The position numbers and the translations under genes were made by a program. Source: Amphiscolops sp. MND2022 (lineage: Eukaryota). Taken from it: a stretch of DNA of 64,000 nt. Positions 49,430-64,000 of the stretch are shown here, one piece after another. Each line of letters opens with the position of its first letter. Positions within the stretch are counted from its first letter, which is position 1. A model generated the notes under the pieces. That model saw nothing but the letters and a program-made list of their open reading frames with translations, searched no databases and was not told the DNA's origin. The DNA lies in the NCBI GenBank assembly GCA_964187785.1, contig OZ076409.1, forward strand, positions 63,180,001 through 63,244,000, given 5' to 3'.

Positions 49430-52400
49430 GTAAGACTGAAATTCAGAACTACGATTTTCTGGAACCCTTTTTGTGATTTTTATTTGTTTCATTGGTTTTA
49501 GACTTTATTTTCGATGATGTTATGTGTTATATAATGGATATTTTATCCTTCAATGGGGCTTCATCAAAATCAAATCAGGCGAGAGGATGGATAAAATTGT
49601 CTGATCGGTATAACTCATGTATGATTTTCTGGTTGCAGCTGGTAATTTAGTCAAGAGATTTAGGCTTAAGGTTGTGTCAGCTATATACGGAGAGCATGTT
49701 GTGATGCACTTGCATTGGATGTGATAACGCCACATAGGTCTTACGTTATCGAAACCAAAAAGTTGGTTGAATTTTAGTTGATGTTGCTTGAGTTTTAGTT
49801 TTCACGAAACTTAATTTCTAGAGCAGACTTAGAATAGATTTTGGCTAGCAATCAGTATTGATTTTTGAATTTTCATGTTTTCATGAAGTTCTACAAACAA
49901 CCAAACCATCTTTAGCTATTTTGAAAAAAATTTCCTTACCTTTTTCAGCGTCAATCCTGAGGAGAATTTTTTTGTAATTTGTCTCTCGTGGATGAAGTAA
50001 CCTAACTCTGAAGAAGAAATCTTAAAGTTGAAAACTCTGAAGATCTATTTAGTTGATTTGATGACCAGTTGACAGTTAAATCAACTTTAATCGAACCATT
50101 CTTTGACTCGTTTTAGGTAAACAAAAATATCTTTTAACAGAAAAAGTTCAGGTGCCCACAAATTCATTCAAACTTGAATCAGTAAACTACTTGGAACAAT
50201 GCTATTCTTACAATTTCAGTAGTTTGTGAAATATTTTTTCCAAGTTTTCCAGAAATCTCCCATGATTGCATAACTTCTTGTATGACCCTTGTCTGACCAT
50301 GTAGGCATGCATATATATCTTTGAGCAATTTAACGTGACATAGCAAATATTTGCATGGGATCTTTTTAGGAATAGTTTCAACAATTTGTTAGAAATATAT
50401 GTTTTGAATTGTTCTTGAAACGACCACAAGAAATGTCTTGCTAGCATGTCTTGTATTGACTGGAAATCTAGGACTCATTTTTAAAAGCTATTCAAGTAAA
50501 AAAAACGGACAACAAAGAGTTTATGGAACCTTGACCGCTTTTAAAATTCCCACATTTTGCACCCTTTTATTCTGAGGACAACAAAAAGCATTCAACACTA
50601 GGGTGTCCATTTGACTTGTCATCAAAGCCGTTCACTGAAGCGTCATATGGCATTGCAATTTCTGATATCTGGAAAAACAATTGAACTCTCGAATTGCGTT
50701 GACTACGATGTCTCCTTTGCTCTAATGTAAAAGTATAGGTAATCTGGAATTATAAAATTTATGATCAAAATAGACCAGTTAGGAAAAAAATGGCAGACGA
50801 CAAAAAGCGTCAAATGGTTTTTTTGAATGACCAAGACTGACTACGTTTGAATACTATCGTAACCTGTCATTCATTCAAGGCCACTTAAAATAGTAAAGAT
50901 ATGTGACTGACGGGGCTCGAACCCGTACCGATGAATCAGCAATATTCGTAGCGTTTTGCAGGCATCTCAATTGTCAGTAAAACTAACACACGAAGTATTC
51001 GTATTTTCACGAGCATTTGAAAAATATTGAGACTCGTCTCGAATGTTTTCTGTTTCTTGGAATTGATGGTTTTTGAAGCACAAATTTTCTGATCTATTAA
51101 CAATTCGATCTATTAAAAAAGCGACGTTGTTTTGATTTTACATTACTATTTGAAACTGAACCTTAATGTTTTTGAAGATTATATTGCATGATAATTACAT
51201 AATAACGTAATGATAATTTTACAGCTAGGTATTGTAATTATTTATTATTTCTTCTCTGACGTTGATAGCACATGAAAAATGGAAATTCTTGTTATAAAAA
51301 GGAAAAAGAAGACAAGTGAAAAATCTTTGGAATCGTGAAAAAAGCCCATAACCACAAGAGTCTGTTCGTTCCCATAGACATAATAAATGGGATGAGAGCT
51401 GGTTAGTTAACATACAGTACGGCTACGTAGCAACAGAGAAAAACACACTGAGTGAAATTTATCAGCACAAAACCAGTATCCCCTAGAAGACCTTCAGTTG
51501 TCGGGTTTACATCACAGAAAATGATATATTTTTTTCACTCGAAATTATCGAAATTCCAGGAGTGAAATTCCTTCATGATGAAATACTTACAAGCTCTAAT
51601 AAGTGACGAGACCCGAAAAACTCAACCTTTTGCTTTCGTGCAAACAACCTCAATTTGGGAAACTTCAATTTGAAATTAATGTTTGATGTCCATAATTATC
51701 ACCGAAATTCAGTTCACAAAAGTTGATTTACTTTTTGAGCCAATGTCATTGATCCCGTGAAGCGACATTTACAGTGGCTAGTTATTTTCTCCAGTAGCTC
51801 TTATCCATCCACTTTTACGAGAACAGATGAAGCAAATATTATTCATACGGTAAAAAAAAACATTTGGCTTAGACAGCACGCTGTATTCGATTTGTTGACG
51901 TTATCTCCGAAGTAAATTGCGTTTCACTCAGGAGGAGACTGAGGTTCAATGAAGCGCTCGCACGTGAACCAGCACGCTTTATTGCATTTGGGTCTCTTTT
52001 CGGGTTTTTCGGCGCTATGAGACTTTTTACGGAGAGAACAATTTTCGAGGTTTCTCAAAAATGGGGTTTTTTGATGTTTCGAGTTAGGTGTGACTTTTCT
52101 GGAAAAACCTTCATATAATCAAACGGGTCGAAAAAAGCGTTTAGCGAGCTTAAAGCTACGTTTGCGGCACTATATAACTTTTTTCCGAAGGGGAAGATGA
52201 TTTTTTTCGGAATTAATAGATAAATTTGATAATTTTTCGGAAAGAATTTCGAAAAAAAAGTTTTGTTGTTTCCAGTTGTGGAAAAGCGGTTTTTGAGTCT
52301 TATGGATATCCCTTCAGGTGTTTTTGGTGCTGTAAAAAGTTTCACAACATCCTGAAAATGCCGTTTTTAATACCAATGTTGAGATTTTCTACAAAAAACC

Positions 52401-54133
52401 CAGTGAGAAATTCAGCAAGCCAATGGGGGTACAATTGAATAAGACTTTCTTAAAATGTAGAAAAGCAAAACAAGAGGTTCAACTTACCCGAGTTGACAAT
52501 CCACGCGATCCTTAGAGATATCATGCTACCAACGCGGCACAATGACGCCAAAATATTAGCGGTGTTCGTGATACGATTCCTACAACGAAATCGAAGATGT
52601 TACGACCGACACATGGTCCAACGAAAAACACGATACCGACTAATTCGGCCGAAAGAACCGATCTCGTAGAGTCAGTTCAACCGAATCGAATTAAATTCAC
52701 ATTAGCAGGCACTCAATAAAGTAGGTGAATGATAACACTTCATCTACAGTAAGAAACGAATGCTTGTCTGCAGAAACCTTTGTAAGGAATGCGTCCGAAG
52801 TCCTCCAAAATCTAGTACAGAACCTCGGGAAAATTATATAACTTTGACTGACCAAACGGAGCAGTCCGCATTTGTTGTTCTAACCGCCGTGTAGATCTAT
52901 GGAAAAGACTTTTTTGAAATATAACAAAAAATCTAGAAAAAAAACGATGTAACTTGCGTCCTAATTATTCGAAATTAGTGGCACAAGATCTAAGATCACT
53001 GTAATACGACGGCTAAATGTTACTGGATTAACATCTAAAAAATACTAGAATCATATCTGAAATAGGTGATTAGATTTAAACGTTCTTTAGTTGAATCATG
53101 GGAACTAGAACGAAATGAAAACAATTTCGGAACCAATCAAAATTCCAGATGTTCATTTCCATTTTTAAACGTTATTCTTCATCTTGGACTTAAATCCAGT
53201 CAACATAATACAATTATTTTCCGCCCATATTTCCATATCGGAGAGGAAAATTACTAACTCAGCAGCGTTTTGTTTCCAAAGTATGCCATGTTCCATTGTT
53301 ATACCCAAATTGATGGGCATCAGCCATAAAATTCAACTAAAATGAACGTAGTTTCATTGGAATTTTATTTTTCAACGGTACAATTGTAATCAATTGTTAT
53401 TCTCGGTACAGTTGTCGAAGGTTTTCCTCAGACGTTGGTTCCTCGTCCTTTGAGTACGTATGAGGTGTAAGATTGATAAGATCTTGGTACTATCGTACTA
53501 CTATATGAATGATAATGTTGTGAGGGTCAACCTGGGTAGTGATTATTGAGACAATCCACCAAAAGGCAAGATCAAAACAGAAGGATACAATAGAATCCTT
53601 TGTCTTGAAAAACAGCATAAAACTCTGCTTTTTTACAGAAAAGTGAATATTCCTGCCTAACTTTAATTCTCATATGGGAGTTTCGGAAATGTCCAGAGTG
53701 ACTTCTGGTAGTTAAAAATAATATAACTTTTTTCAAAACTTTTGTCTCTCCTGATCTGGAGATTCAGATGCAAGTATGTTAAAAACATACGAGTATGGAA
53801 ACAATATAGTTAAGTTTAGTTGAATTAAAAGGCCGTTGAACTCATGATACACAATTTATCTGATTATCAGCTACGTTATCATTCTTTCTAGCACTAGTGA
53901 TAGGGTGATAGTTCGTTTGGTAGCGTAAACGTTCGCATCAAAACGGTCACGATGACCACTGAGTCAAGATAATCTTGGATACTAGTTTGTATTCTTGCCT
54001 CAATCCTGGAAATTTGAAGAAAGCTGGATGCAAAGTTTGGCTAGTTTCTTCCCATTATTCTTGAGAATTTGCAGGAATAGTACCTCACGAAACCGCTAAA
54101 AATTCCTTCAAAGATCTTGCCAGTAAATGTATT

Positions 54134-55133
54134 CCCGGGTTGACCCTCTTACTAGCATCTTGGCTGTCTTGGTAAGACCTTGCCAAATTCTTACTACATC
54201 TTGGCAGCCATGGATCCCATGGCAAGATTCTTATTAAGATCATACTAAGATAATACTTATCCCAAGATCGTATCTTATCACGGTGGACAAAATTTTAAGA
54301 TTATAAAAAAACACTACCTTCGGTACAAGCAGCCGAGACTCAATCTAAATGCTCATTTCACCCAACAACGACTATTTCTACTGGTTTTCATAATCAAAAT
54401 GCTTAAACCTGCTGAAAAAAATTTGCATGCAAAAATGCGTGAACAATTACGATAACGTATTCTGTCTTCCGAAATTTTGACGAGAATCCTAATAAGTCCT
54501 CACCTGTTTAAGACTGAGAAATGCGAAAGTACCAAATGGAAGGTCATTTCAAGGGCTTTCCAAAACTTGTAATTTATCACTCCTGTCGATTCCAGAGACG
54601 GAGAAATATGCTCTCAAACGTCCAGACCCACTATCGGAAAGTTACAAAGGAAAGGCCTTAAAATCCGGTAATTGTTGTAAAGATCATGTTTCCAGCTTTA
54701 TTTGAGCCTGTTTCAGCAGTCTTGTTACTGCTAGAAACGCCGGTCATTGCACTAATTTGGGTAATGATTCAGCTCAATGCTATTCTGACGCCGTTGTTGG
54801 CGACAGTTTTGCAATTGAAAGAACAATTTAACCAGCCTTCCTAAATAATATATCTCTTCAACCAAATTTTATACATTGCTAACAGAAGTTTTAATGTCTA
54901 ACGCTATGAATCGGCAGAAATGTTGTTTTTTGTTGACTTTCAGATTTTTTCCTTTCCAAATAGGATTTTACAATAAAAGTTTTCTTGGAAACATTGCTCT
55001 CTTGATAAGATCTTACCATGACATCTTGCAATTCTTGCCAATATCTTGGCAAGATCTTAGCTAAGATTTTTCCAAGATCTTGGCAAGATCTTGCCAAGAT
55101 CTTACTAAGATATCCATGGAGGGTCGACCCGGG
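54134..55133 (+). mobile_element. 1-kb non-autonomous CCC..GGG TIR element, copy A
   Basis: TT|CCCGGGTTGACCCTC ... GAGGGTCGACCCGGG|TT, with CAAGAT subterminal arrays. Confidence 0.85.
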
Positions 55134-55427
55134 TTCCTTTCCAATTACTAACCATTTCATCTATCCCCTCCAAACTGTGGCGGGGGAATAAGGCAGAAGG
55201 TTCAAATACCATTATGTCGACATCGTTTGCGTTGAAATTTTGGTCCAATAAAATAATTGATGTCAACATAATCCTATCCATTACATTGACTGTCAGTTAC
55301 AAGTTGCTCATTAGATTTTCTAGCGGACAAAATTTGCGCTGAAATAGGGGCCTATTAAAACGGTTTTCGCTTGTTCCAAATGTGAATTTCTGCTATTTTG
55401 GACAATAAAATCAAAAAATTATGGTAA

Positions 55428-56470
55428 CCCGGGTCGACCCTCCATGGTTATCTTAGTAAGATCTTGGCAAGATCTTGCCAAGATCTTGGAAAAATCTTAG
55501 CTAAGATCGTGACAAGATATTGCCAAGAATTGCAAGATGCCATGGTAAGATCTTATCAAGAGAGCCATGTTTCCAAGAAAAATCTTACTAAGAAGCCCAA
55601 TATGGCAAGAAAAATCTAACTAAGAAGCCGAATATGGAAGAAAAAAATTGCTACGAACTGCTCGATATCGAGAAAAAGTAGAATCAGAAAACCATTAAAT
55701 TAAGAGTTATGCAAAAATAATCTAGACATCACTCATAACAAAATTACTGAATGATTTTTACAACCATTTCGATATCGATTTTTTTTCAATTGCAAAACTG
55801 TCGCCAAAAACGGCGTCAGATAAGCCTTGAGCTGAATCATTACCCAAAATAGAGCAATGACCGCCGTTTCTAGCAGTAATAAGGCTGCTAAACAGGCTCA
55901 AAGAAAGCTGGAAATATGATTTTTCAAAATTTCAGGATTTTAAGGTCTTTCCTTTGTAACTTTCCGATAGTGGATCTGGACGTTTGAGAGCATATTTCTC
56001 CGTCTCTGGAATTGACAGGAATGATAAATTACAAGTTTTGAAAAGCCCTTGAAATTACCTTTCATTTGGTACATTCGGCATTTTTCAGTCATAAACAGGT
56101 GAGGAATTATTAGGATTCTCGTCAGAATTTCTGAAGCCAGACTACGTTATCGTAATTTTTCACGCATTTTTGCATGCAAAATTTTTTCAGCAGGTTTAAG
56201 CATTTTGATTATGAAAACGAGTAGAAATAGTCGTTGTTGGGTGAAATGAGCCTTTAGATTGAGTCTCGGCTGCTTGTACCGAAGGTGTAGTGTTTTTTAA
56301 TAATCTTAAATATTTGTCCATTGTGATAAGATACGATCTTGGAATTAGTTTTATCTTAGTAAGATCTTAATAAGAATCTTGCCATGGAATCCATGGCTGC
56401 CAAGATGTACTAAGAAGTTGACAAGATCTTGCCAAGACAGCCAAGATGCTAGTAAGAGGGTCAACCCGGG
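55428..56470 (-). mobile_element. Same family, copy B, inverted relative to copy A
   Basis: AA|CCCGGGTCGACCCTC ... GAGGGTCAACCCGGG|AA. The interior is the reverse complement of 54134-55133. Confidence 0.85.
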
Positions 56471-58639
56471 AAGTGAAGTTGCCGGAAGTGTTCAAACAGT
56501 TGTAGAAACAATCCTCTAAGTATTTACATTCATAAAATATTCTCTTATTAGTGAAATATTTTTATTCAAGAACAAAATGTGCTTTCGTGTTGGGGGGATA
56601 TTCCCAACAAGGTGTACCTGGGGGGATATATGACATGGTCCCTAATTACTTTTCCACAATACCATAAATATGAAACATTAATTTTTGATCTCAACCGCTG
56701 GCTCCAGTTGCTAGTACGTTTTGAAAAACATTCTACGGATTCAGGTGAAAAAAATTCTAACTTGAATTTACAACTCTTTCGTATTACCTGTTCTTTTTTG
56801 GCAATCATTTTTCCAATATGCCCTTCTCTCCATCTTATTAAGTTGTAGTAATCCTGTCTTCTATATCGTAACGTCATTGATAGCGAGCGAAATACAAATA
56901 CAAATGCATGAAGAATAGCCAATAAACTGGCGGAAGCTGCTGCCATGCAAAATTTCCCAAAAAAGGAAACAAACTTTTGCAGCCGCTGGAGGGCACTGTA
57001 AAATGTCGATTTGCAAGGGCATTTGAGTAGATAAAAGTTATGTGTATACTCTTCCCGTTGTACCGGCATATGAGACATATAAGTTGCGTTATTTTGGCTC
57101 GTTTCTTTTCCTGTCTAGGAAAAGTGCAGACCTTCACTTTTGTTGGTGCGTGCGCAATCTGAAATTGGTTCTGATTACAACCTTCAGAAGGAGTTACAAG
57201 TTCTGTCGCCGGCCTCGACAGCTTGCGTCTAGACAAGTCTCTGTGAACCAACAATTTTTGTCATGTTAAATTCTAGAATCCTTAGAATCTTTTCTTTGTA
57301 ATCATAAGTAATCACTTTTAAATATTCAACTACTGCCAGCAAGATTGAGCGTTTCATTTTTGTCCGCAAAACAATTCGAATTTTCTTTGTTTTAAAAATC
57401 CGCAGCTGATTTGGCGGGTAATTAAATGCTGAAGAAGAAAAGATTTTTGGCAAAATCGAAAATTGACAGTATAAGACACTATAATTTTGTAGTTGACTTG
57501 TATAAATAGCGAGGATAAAGTTGGTGTATGTACACATTTACGGTGAATATATTATAAGGAAGTCTATATTGTATACTTTTTTTGCAAGGGATAAACGTTT
57601 GCGAGCAAATGTCAAATTGGATGCAATATTCAAGACGGTCGCTTTTAATAAAATGTGCCAATTAAGACCATCGCACAACTCAAGTAGCCATAAATAAAAA
57701 ATTTGCGTCAAATGTATTGATTCTTTTTGTCAAAATTTCCGCTCCATCCGTCGTCAACCGTACTTGTTGAGAAAGGAGGAGGAAAAACGCGCGGTAAGAA
57801 GAAGAAAAAGCGCGGTAAAAAGAAGGTAGAACACGGGGAAAAAGAAGAAAAGCAGTTCAGTCTGATTTCCTTCTTTCCATGGACCAGGTTAGCCTCAAAT
57901 TTGCCTCTTTTCCTACTTTTTTTCGTCATTTTAACCAGATAAATTTGCTGTAGTTGGCACACTCGAGTGTACATTACGTATTGCCAATTTAATGTGCATT
58001 ATACCCGATTAAGAAGTTGGGATAACGTGACAGACGTACAGTTTTTTTAAATAATGAAAAGCTTTCTGAGAAAATGTCATCCGAAGGACATCTCGAACTC
58101 AAATAGACGTATTTTAATTCACACAAACAAACACCAAACAAGTGTGCTAGTGATGCTTTGTTGTTATTTGGGGATTAAAGTTTTGCAGCAAAAAAAAACG
58201 AACTGGGATGCAGCATATGAACTGGGATGGCTTACAGGGGGTGAAATAGAGGAAAATTAGTGAACTTTGAAAACTCGCTGTTTCCCACAATTTGATCTCT
58301 GTCTCCAGTTTTTGATTCTTAGGAAACGAACTTGTAATTGAGATTTTTAGAGGATGAATCATTGCAGTTTATGATTCTGTTGTTGGTAATATTAAAAGCC
58401 AGAGACCAGAGCCATGTGTACAACATTTCTTTCACACGGTCGTGGTTTTTGGTCCGCTTTCTGTTATTTTCCGCCCATATTTCATGTGGGACAAAAAATA
58501 TTCAAATCAAACGGGCTTATTTAAAAAAAATTGTCAAGTACCAAATTTATATTTAACTTTAAGGGTGTTACCCATAGAAGTCATCTCACATAAATTTAGC
58601 TTCGTGCAATTTATATTCGTGGAGATTTCTGGAGTTTTT

Positions 58640-59900
58640 TAGTTGACCCCAAGGACCCCAGAATGACGCAAAAATGACCCCAAAAAAAGATAATTGGCAA
58701 AAATTTCCAATTTTTTTAAACTTTTATGCAATTTTGTCAATTTTCCGATAGATATCGTGGATTAGAATGTTGAAAAGGTTCAAAAAGGCAAGAATTCGTT
58801 TCCCAGTTGTCATTTATGAGCAGATAAATGCGGTTTTTCGGAAAGAAAAAGACCCAAAAATGACAAAAAAACTTTAAAAATTTCCCGATTTTGAACGTTT
58901 TGATGCAATTTTTGAAAAATTTTCGATAGACTTCGTGGACTAGAATGTTGAAAACGCTCAACATGGCACTAGCGCGTGGTCCAGCAGGCTTGTCCGAGAA
59001 GATAATTGCTGTTTTCCAACTCAAAAAAACTCAAATGGACACCGAAAAGAACAAAAAATCCCAAAAATTTCCAAATTTCAAAGATTTTTTGCATTTTCCT
59101 CAATTTTCGACGGACTGTGTGGATTGGAACGTTGGAAAGGGTCAACAAGGAAAAAATGTGTCGTCCAGTATGCTTAGAGAGGAGATAAATGCAACGGAAA
59201 CTGCCCGGAATCGACATCGAAAAAGACAAATTTGCAAAAATTTTTCGATTTTCACTATTTTAATTCAATTTTTGTTGGAACATCGATACACTTCGTGGAC
59301 TAGGACGTTAAAGCGCCTAACATATGGGCAAACTTGTTTCGGTGAGCTTTCGTCGGGAGATAAGTTCAATTTGTAAAAAAATGCCTCAAATTGACCCTGA
59401 ATGGTCGAAAAGTTTTAAGTTTTTGTCGTTTTTGATGCAATTTCTGTACATTTTCAGAGAGATATCGTTCTAAGTTTCAACACAATCAACTCAACAACGA
59501 AAAGTCGAGCTTTACATTTCCTTTTCTGAAGAGAACATTGCAGTGTTTTGCTTCAAAAACGCTTCAGAATGACTCCAAAGCAGTCGAAATATTTCAACAT
59601 TTTCGTTTTTGTGCAACTTTTTGAATCGTTTCAGAACCAGAATGTTGGCGAACGTTAAACGAAGGCTGAACTCATAATTTATAATGCTTTTAACGGAATA
59701 TTTGCAGACTTTAAGGTCGAAATTTTCCTCATAACGACCCAAATAATAAAAACTGAGAATTTTCAAGATTTTTAAACGTTTTTAGGCAGTTTTTGTACAA
59801 TTTTTGAGCTACTTCCGTGCATAAAATGGTTCAAAACACTCAAAAATGTATACTCCGGGTCTCTCCACTAGGCAATTTTGAGATATTTGCATTTTTTGTT
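58640..59900. repeat. Diverged tandem array with ~175-180 bp period; related units in reverse orientation at ~39700-40000 and ~41030-41530
   Basis: The motif (C)GTGGA(T/C)TAGAATGTTGAAAA..TCAACA recurs near 58755, 58935, 59115 and 59295, with weaker copies near 59630 and 59815. Confidence 0.6.
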
Positions 59901-62900
59901 GTAATTGGCCTCAAAAACAGCCAAGAACCGATGAAACAGCAAAAAAGCACGTTGTTTGACAAACTAATCCCAATGATTGTTCAAATCACGAAAACTTTTG
60001 AAGAATAGAACTTCAAATGACGTGAGCGTTTAAGCAATAAGGTATTCAAAACGCAATTGCGGAAAAAGTCGGATGAAGTTCATTGAGTTTACTACAAATG
60101 TGTCAAAGTTTCCGAACTTTCTTTATTTTTGACAACATAGTCCCAATTTTTGACACTTTTCGAAAATTTACTTCAATCAGAAATACCATAGGCTCAGGAT
60201 TGAAACGTGTAGCTACCGGTAGTGTTTCAAAATATCCGACAAGTTTATTTGCACAACTGTCAAAAACTTTACTTGAAAACGTAAATTTCAACCTCATTTG
60301 TCCATTATTTAATATCCAAAAACCTCCAAGCAAAATCACTAGATTTGGAGTACACCAACAACAGCAAAACTCGGTGTCCGATAGGCTTATTTTTGAAAAG
60401 ACATCTGTAGATTCATGTTAGAAAAGTTCCTCAAGTTGACCCCAGAGTTGTCAAAACTATTTCCAATTTTTGACACTTCTGATGAAACTACGTGCAATAA
60501 TATAACAAACCGGGATCGCTCAACTTTCCTAATTTTGCAAAGGACCTAGTTTCAAGCTTTTACCATTTTCTGAGTGCTAACAATTACCTCAAGAAAAATG
60601 CTCGGGACTGGGAAACCACTTTTTGCCTAACAGGAATAACAAAAATTCCATTTTTTTACTTTTCCAGTAAAGTTCTATAATGACTAAACGAGTTTCAGCT
60701 ACCAAAACTACTTTTCTTAAGCCAAACTCAGCTATGAAAGCAAGGGTACTCTTTGACCAGATGAAAATTTCGGAAAGACGCACAGAGTCGAAAAAACTGA
60801 AACGAGGTAATTTTTTTCAATCCATAAGAAACCGCGTCAGTTCCATATGATCAAAAGTGACCAAGAAGTCACCCTGAAGACTAAGGAAGCTTATTTCGTT
60901 TACAGAAAACCTCAAAAACTGAAATTTGCAAAAAATGTTTTTCGAAAATTATTTTCAAAAAATTCATTGAAAACTTCTTTTTTTGGTAAATCGCATAGTG
61001 CTGAAAAAACGACAGTGGCCAGCTATCGCAGAAATGATAAACTAGGGGTTTCCTTGAAACTGGGCTAGGGTGAATCAAAGCTTTCTTTTCTTCGAACTTC
61101 TTTGCGTTTTTATAGTGCATTGGCTATTCTTGAGCCTCAAATTTATGTAGTTGAAGAACAGTTTGGGGCGGAAGATATCTCGCTGCTCAGCGGGCGTCTT
61201 GTTTTAAAAAGTGTCCGACCTTTACGATGGTAAGTCGTTTTCTTTTTTGTCAGTGCTCACACTGAATGGGTCACTTTTTTTGTTCAAATTGTCCAAGTTC
61301 GTCAGTGATATCATATCGTCGTCAAGCAAGTCTTAAATGTATCTACCCGTGTAGTCACTGATTTTCCACCGAAGTTCCACAGGCGAACCACCAATACGTT
61401 CACCGATGATCACCTAAAATTCCACCGATGGCACCGGTGGACATCGATAAACTCATCGGTGGTCATCAATAGTTCCAATATTCCCGGTTAAAAATCAGTA
61501 TCAAGTTCACTTTGGCATCCAATCACTGTCCACAAATTTTAGATATTTTTACACCAAAATACAGAGATTTTAAGTCTTTTTCGATCGCAAAAACTATTTC
61601 AGTGATTTTATGCAACTTTATTCATGAAATCATGAAAATGTTACAGAAAGTCTAGACAACCCGGGACCGGCCCAAGTCGGCGCCATATCTAAGGCTCAAA
61701 AATAGCAAATGGACTACAAAGTGTCAAAAGTATTCTCTTCAACAGCACCCGAAAAAAAAATTGAAAAAAGTCTCACAATGCCGAAAAAAGAATTGAAAGG
61801 GGGGCTTTTGTGATTTTTCAACATCTAATATGTCGCAAAACTCCAAAAAAATGAAGGGGGACCCTTTGGGTAAAAATTTTCCGAAAAAAAATTGCGCAAT
61901 GCCGAAAAAAACTGAGAGGGGGACCTTTTGGTCTCGTCCGGTATTGTATGTTACGTGGGAAACCTTTTTGGGTCAGTTCCCTGGGCCAACAGGGGCAATT
62001 TAAAATTTTGAAGAATTTTTGGTAGAACTATTTTGGTCACTTCAGGTGTATGACAGAAGAGTTTGAAAAAAATAAAAAAAAACACTCACTGAAAGCCATG
62101 ACTGTAGTCTACTTTTTCCTCTAGAGCAGCTGACAATATCATACCAAAATGGAACAAACTATTCCTCGAAAATCAATGTAAAAATGGCGCCGGGGCCCAT
62201 CAAAATTCCGATCAAACCTCGGAAAAAGTTTTGTTTTAGACCCTGACTCCGAAAACTGTCTGACTCCGAAAACCTTGAAATTCACATCAAAAACTTAAAT
62301 TGCTGATTTTTTTTTCAATTCTAGACTCGAGAAATTAACAAAATCAAGTCTGATAGGCTTACCAAGGAACAAGTGCAGTGCACAGACCATGAGAAAGACA
62401 ACTAAGACCAAAGAAAGTAGCATAAGTTTGGAGCAGCTTTGAGATCCATCATCCACCATTCTCGACCATTTTCTACCGGAAAGCGTCCTTATTGCTTCCT
62501 GGGTAATTAAGGTCTCATTTACGGGATTTTGAGCATAATTTTTCTTAAAAAGTTTCGATATTTACTACTGACGTCAGACTTAGTAATCAAATATAATCAA
62601 CTATTATAGGTTTTACTGGAACGGTGTGCTGATCAGCCGTGAAAATAAGTAAAACAATAATGCAGAGCTTTGCTAGTCTACTTAACTCATTCTTTCACAA
62701 GGCACGGTCTCGTTGTTGCCTCTTGGAGAAAATTACGCCTTTTTTCGGGGGTTGTCTTATATCAGAGCGAGCCGTAAGAAATTAAGGTCTCCTTCGTTAG
62801 GAGTATGTCTTAATATTAGAGAATTGAGGCAAGATTAGCAATTCAATAATCAAATCCTAAATTCCAAATCAATGCACTTACCCAGCTGAAATTTCAGACG

Positions 62901-64000
62901 CATTTTGCAAGAAAATAGCAGATATTTGACAATATTCTTCCAGGTGACCCTCAAAATCTTTGTGATTTTCATCTAATCTCATGTTGGTAATTTCAGATGA
63001 TTTTAAAAGATCTCGATAATTTTTGACTGGTCTAGCTAGATCTTGGCATTAAAATCTCTGATAACATTGAAATCTCTGATATTTCAACAGTAAAAAAACT
63101 GAATTTTGGAGGTGGCAAATATCTCTATGTCTAATAATCAGAGCTTGAGGAACGGAAACGATTACGAAGCTTTCCAATATCATTGTAAATTTTAAATGTT
63201 TTCTTTTAATACAGTTTTCTTTTTGATTTCATTGCTTTTTGTAAAAGTATGATGGGTTACCGATCGGTAATACAACCCTGTAAAATTGAGCGGTGTTTAC
63301 TCAAAATTGTTAGTGTACGCTAAAGTGTCAGTTGATACGCAGCGCTGAGCGAAACAGGATAACCTAAACATTCAGTAGACTAAAAACTATTTAAAAATTA
63401 GATCAATCTGCAAAACTTCTAAATGAATTCGAATTTTTCATTCGCAGTCGTAATCGAACCCATAGTATCTTGTCAAGGAATATGATGGATGGAACAAAGG
63501 GTCGGGTCTCCTAATCAACGAGACTTGACAAATCAATGAGCTTTAAAGTTGAACTGTTTAGCGTTGAATTCATGAGTAATATTTCGACAATGGCTTTGCT
63601 TCTGAATTAACTTTATTTCAAAATTACAATCATGGATGTCTGTCCGTAAAATATTTATCTATCGGTTAAAAATATTTTACCATCGCTGTCCATTCAAAAT
63701 GTTGTTTCTCATTCTCGAATTCGTCCCTTTGACTAATTTTATGCCTGCATCCTCTGAATGAAATTGAAATGATTCAATTTTCTTCGATTTCAACCTTTGC
63801 TCATGATGAAAAAAGCTCGTTTTACAAAATACAACCATGACTTCATTTGTTGACTAAACGGTGACGGCGTGTATAATGTCCAATGTCCTTATAGTAAAAG
63901 AATGCGGTCAAATTGAAACCCATAGATTGAGTTAGCAATTTAATTTAGACTCTAATCTTTTATCTGAAACTTGCCCCTGAATTCGGGCATCACCACATTC

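Noticed and set aside
56566..57974. ORFs of 88-170 aa, including a Lys-rich or Phe-rich pair at 57.7-58.0 kb
   Set aside because: There are no recognisable domains or splice support, and a low-complexity purine tract explains the composition.
49430..64000. 7TM exons of the adhesion GPCR
   Set aside because: I found no phase-0 exon with a convincing TM1 or secretin-family motif. They may be short and missed, or lie beyond the window.

Overview
AT-rich animal (probably invertebrate) genomic DNA, not prokaryotic. A + strand host gene for an adhesion-type GPCR ectodomain (HormR domain, GAIN domain, GPS autoproteolysis motif) runs from about 10.4 to 49.4 kb. Its seven phase-compatible exons total about 1,025 nt; I could not find the 7TM exons. 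The introns and flanks hold many mobile elements: (1) a Ty3/Gypsy element at 1-8987; (2) a BEL/Pao element at 30102-37499 interrupted by a 5'-truncated LINE; (3) a complete but decayed Gypsy element at 43040-48961 with paired LTRs and a 5-bp TSD; and (4) many non-autonomous DNA elements (CCC..GGG/CMC-like, Tc1/mariner, hAT, Helentron-like). The most unusual object is the first Gypsy element. Its gag-pol lies on the - strand, yet the adjoining PPT-like tract and LTR appear to have + polarity. It also carries a convergent, intron-containing extra gene on the + strand that resembles a catalytically dead hAT transposase. All calls come from reading the sequence by eye; no database searches were run.
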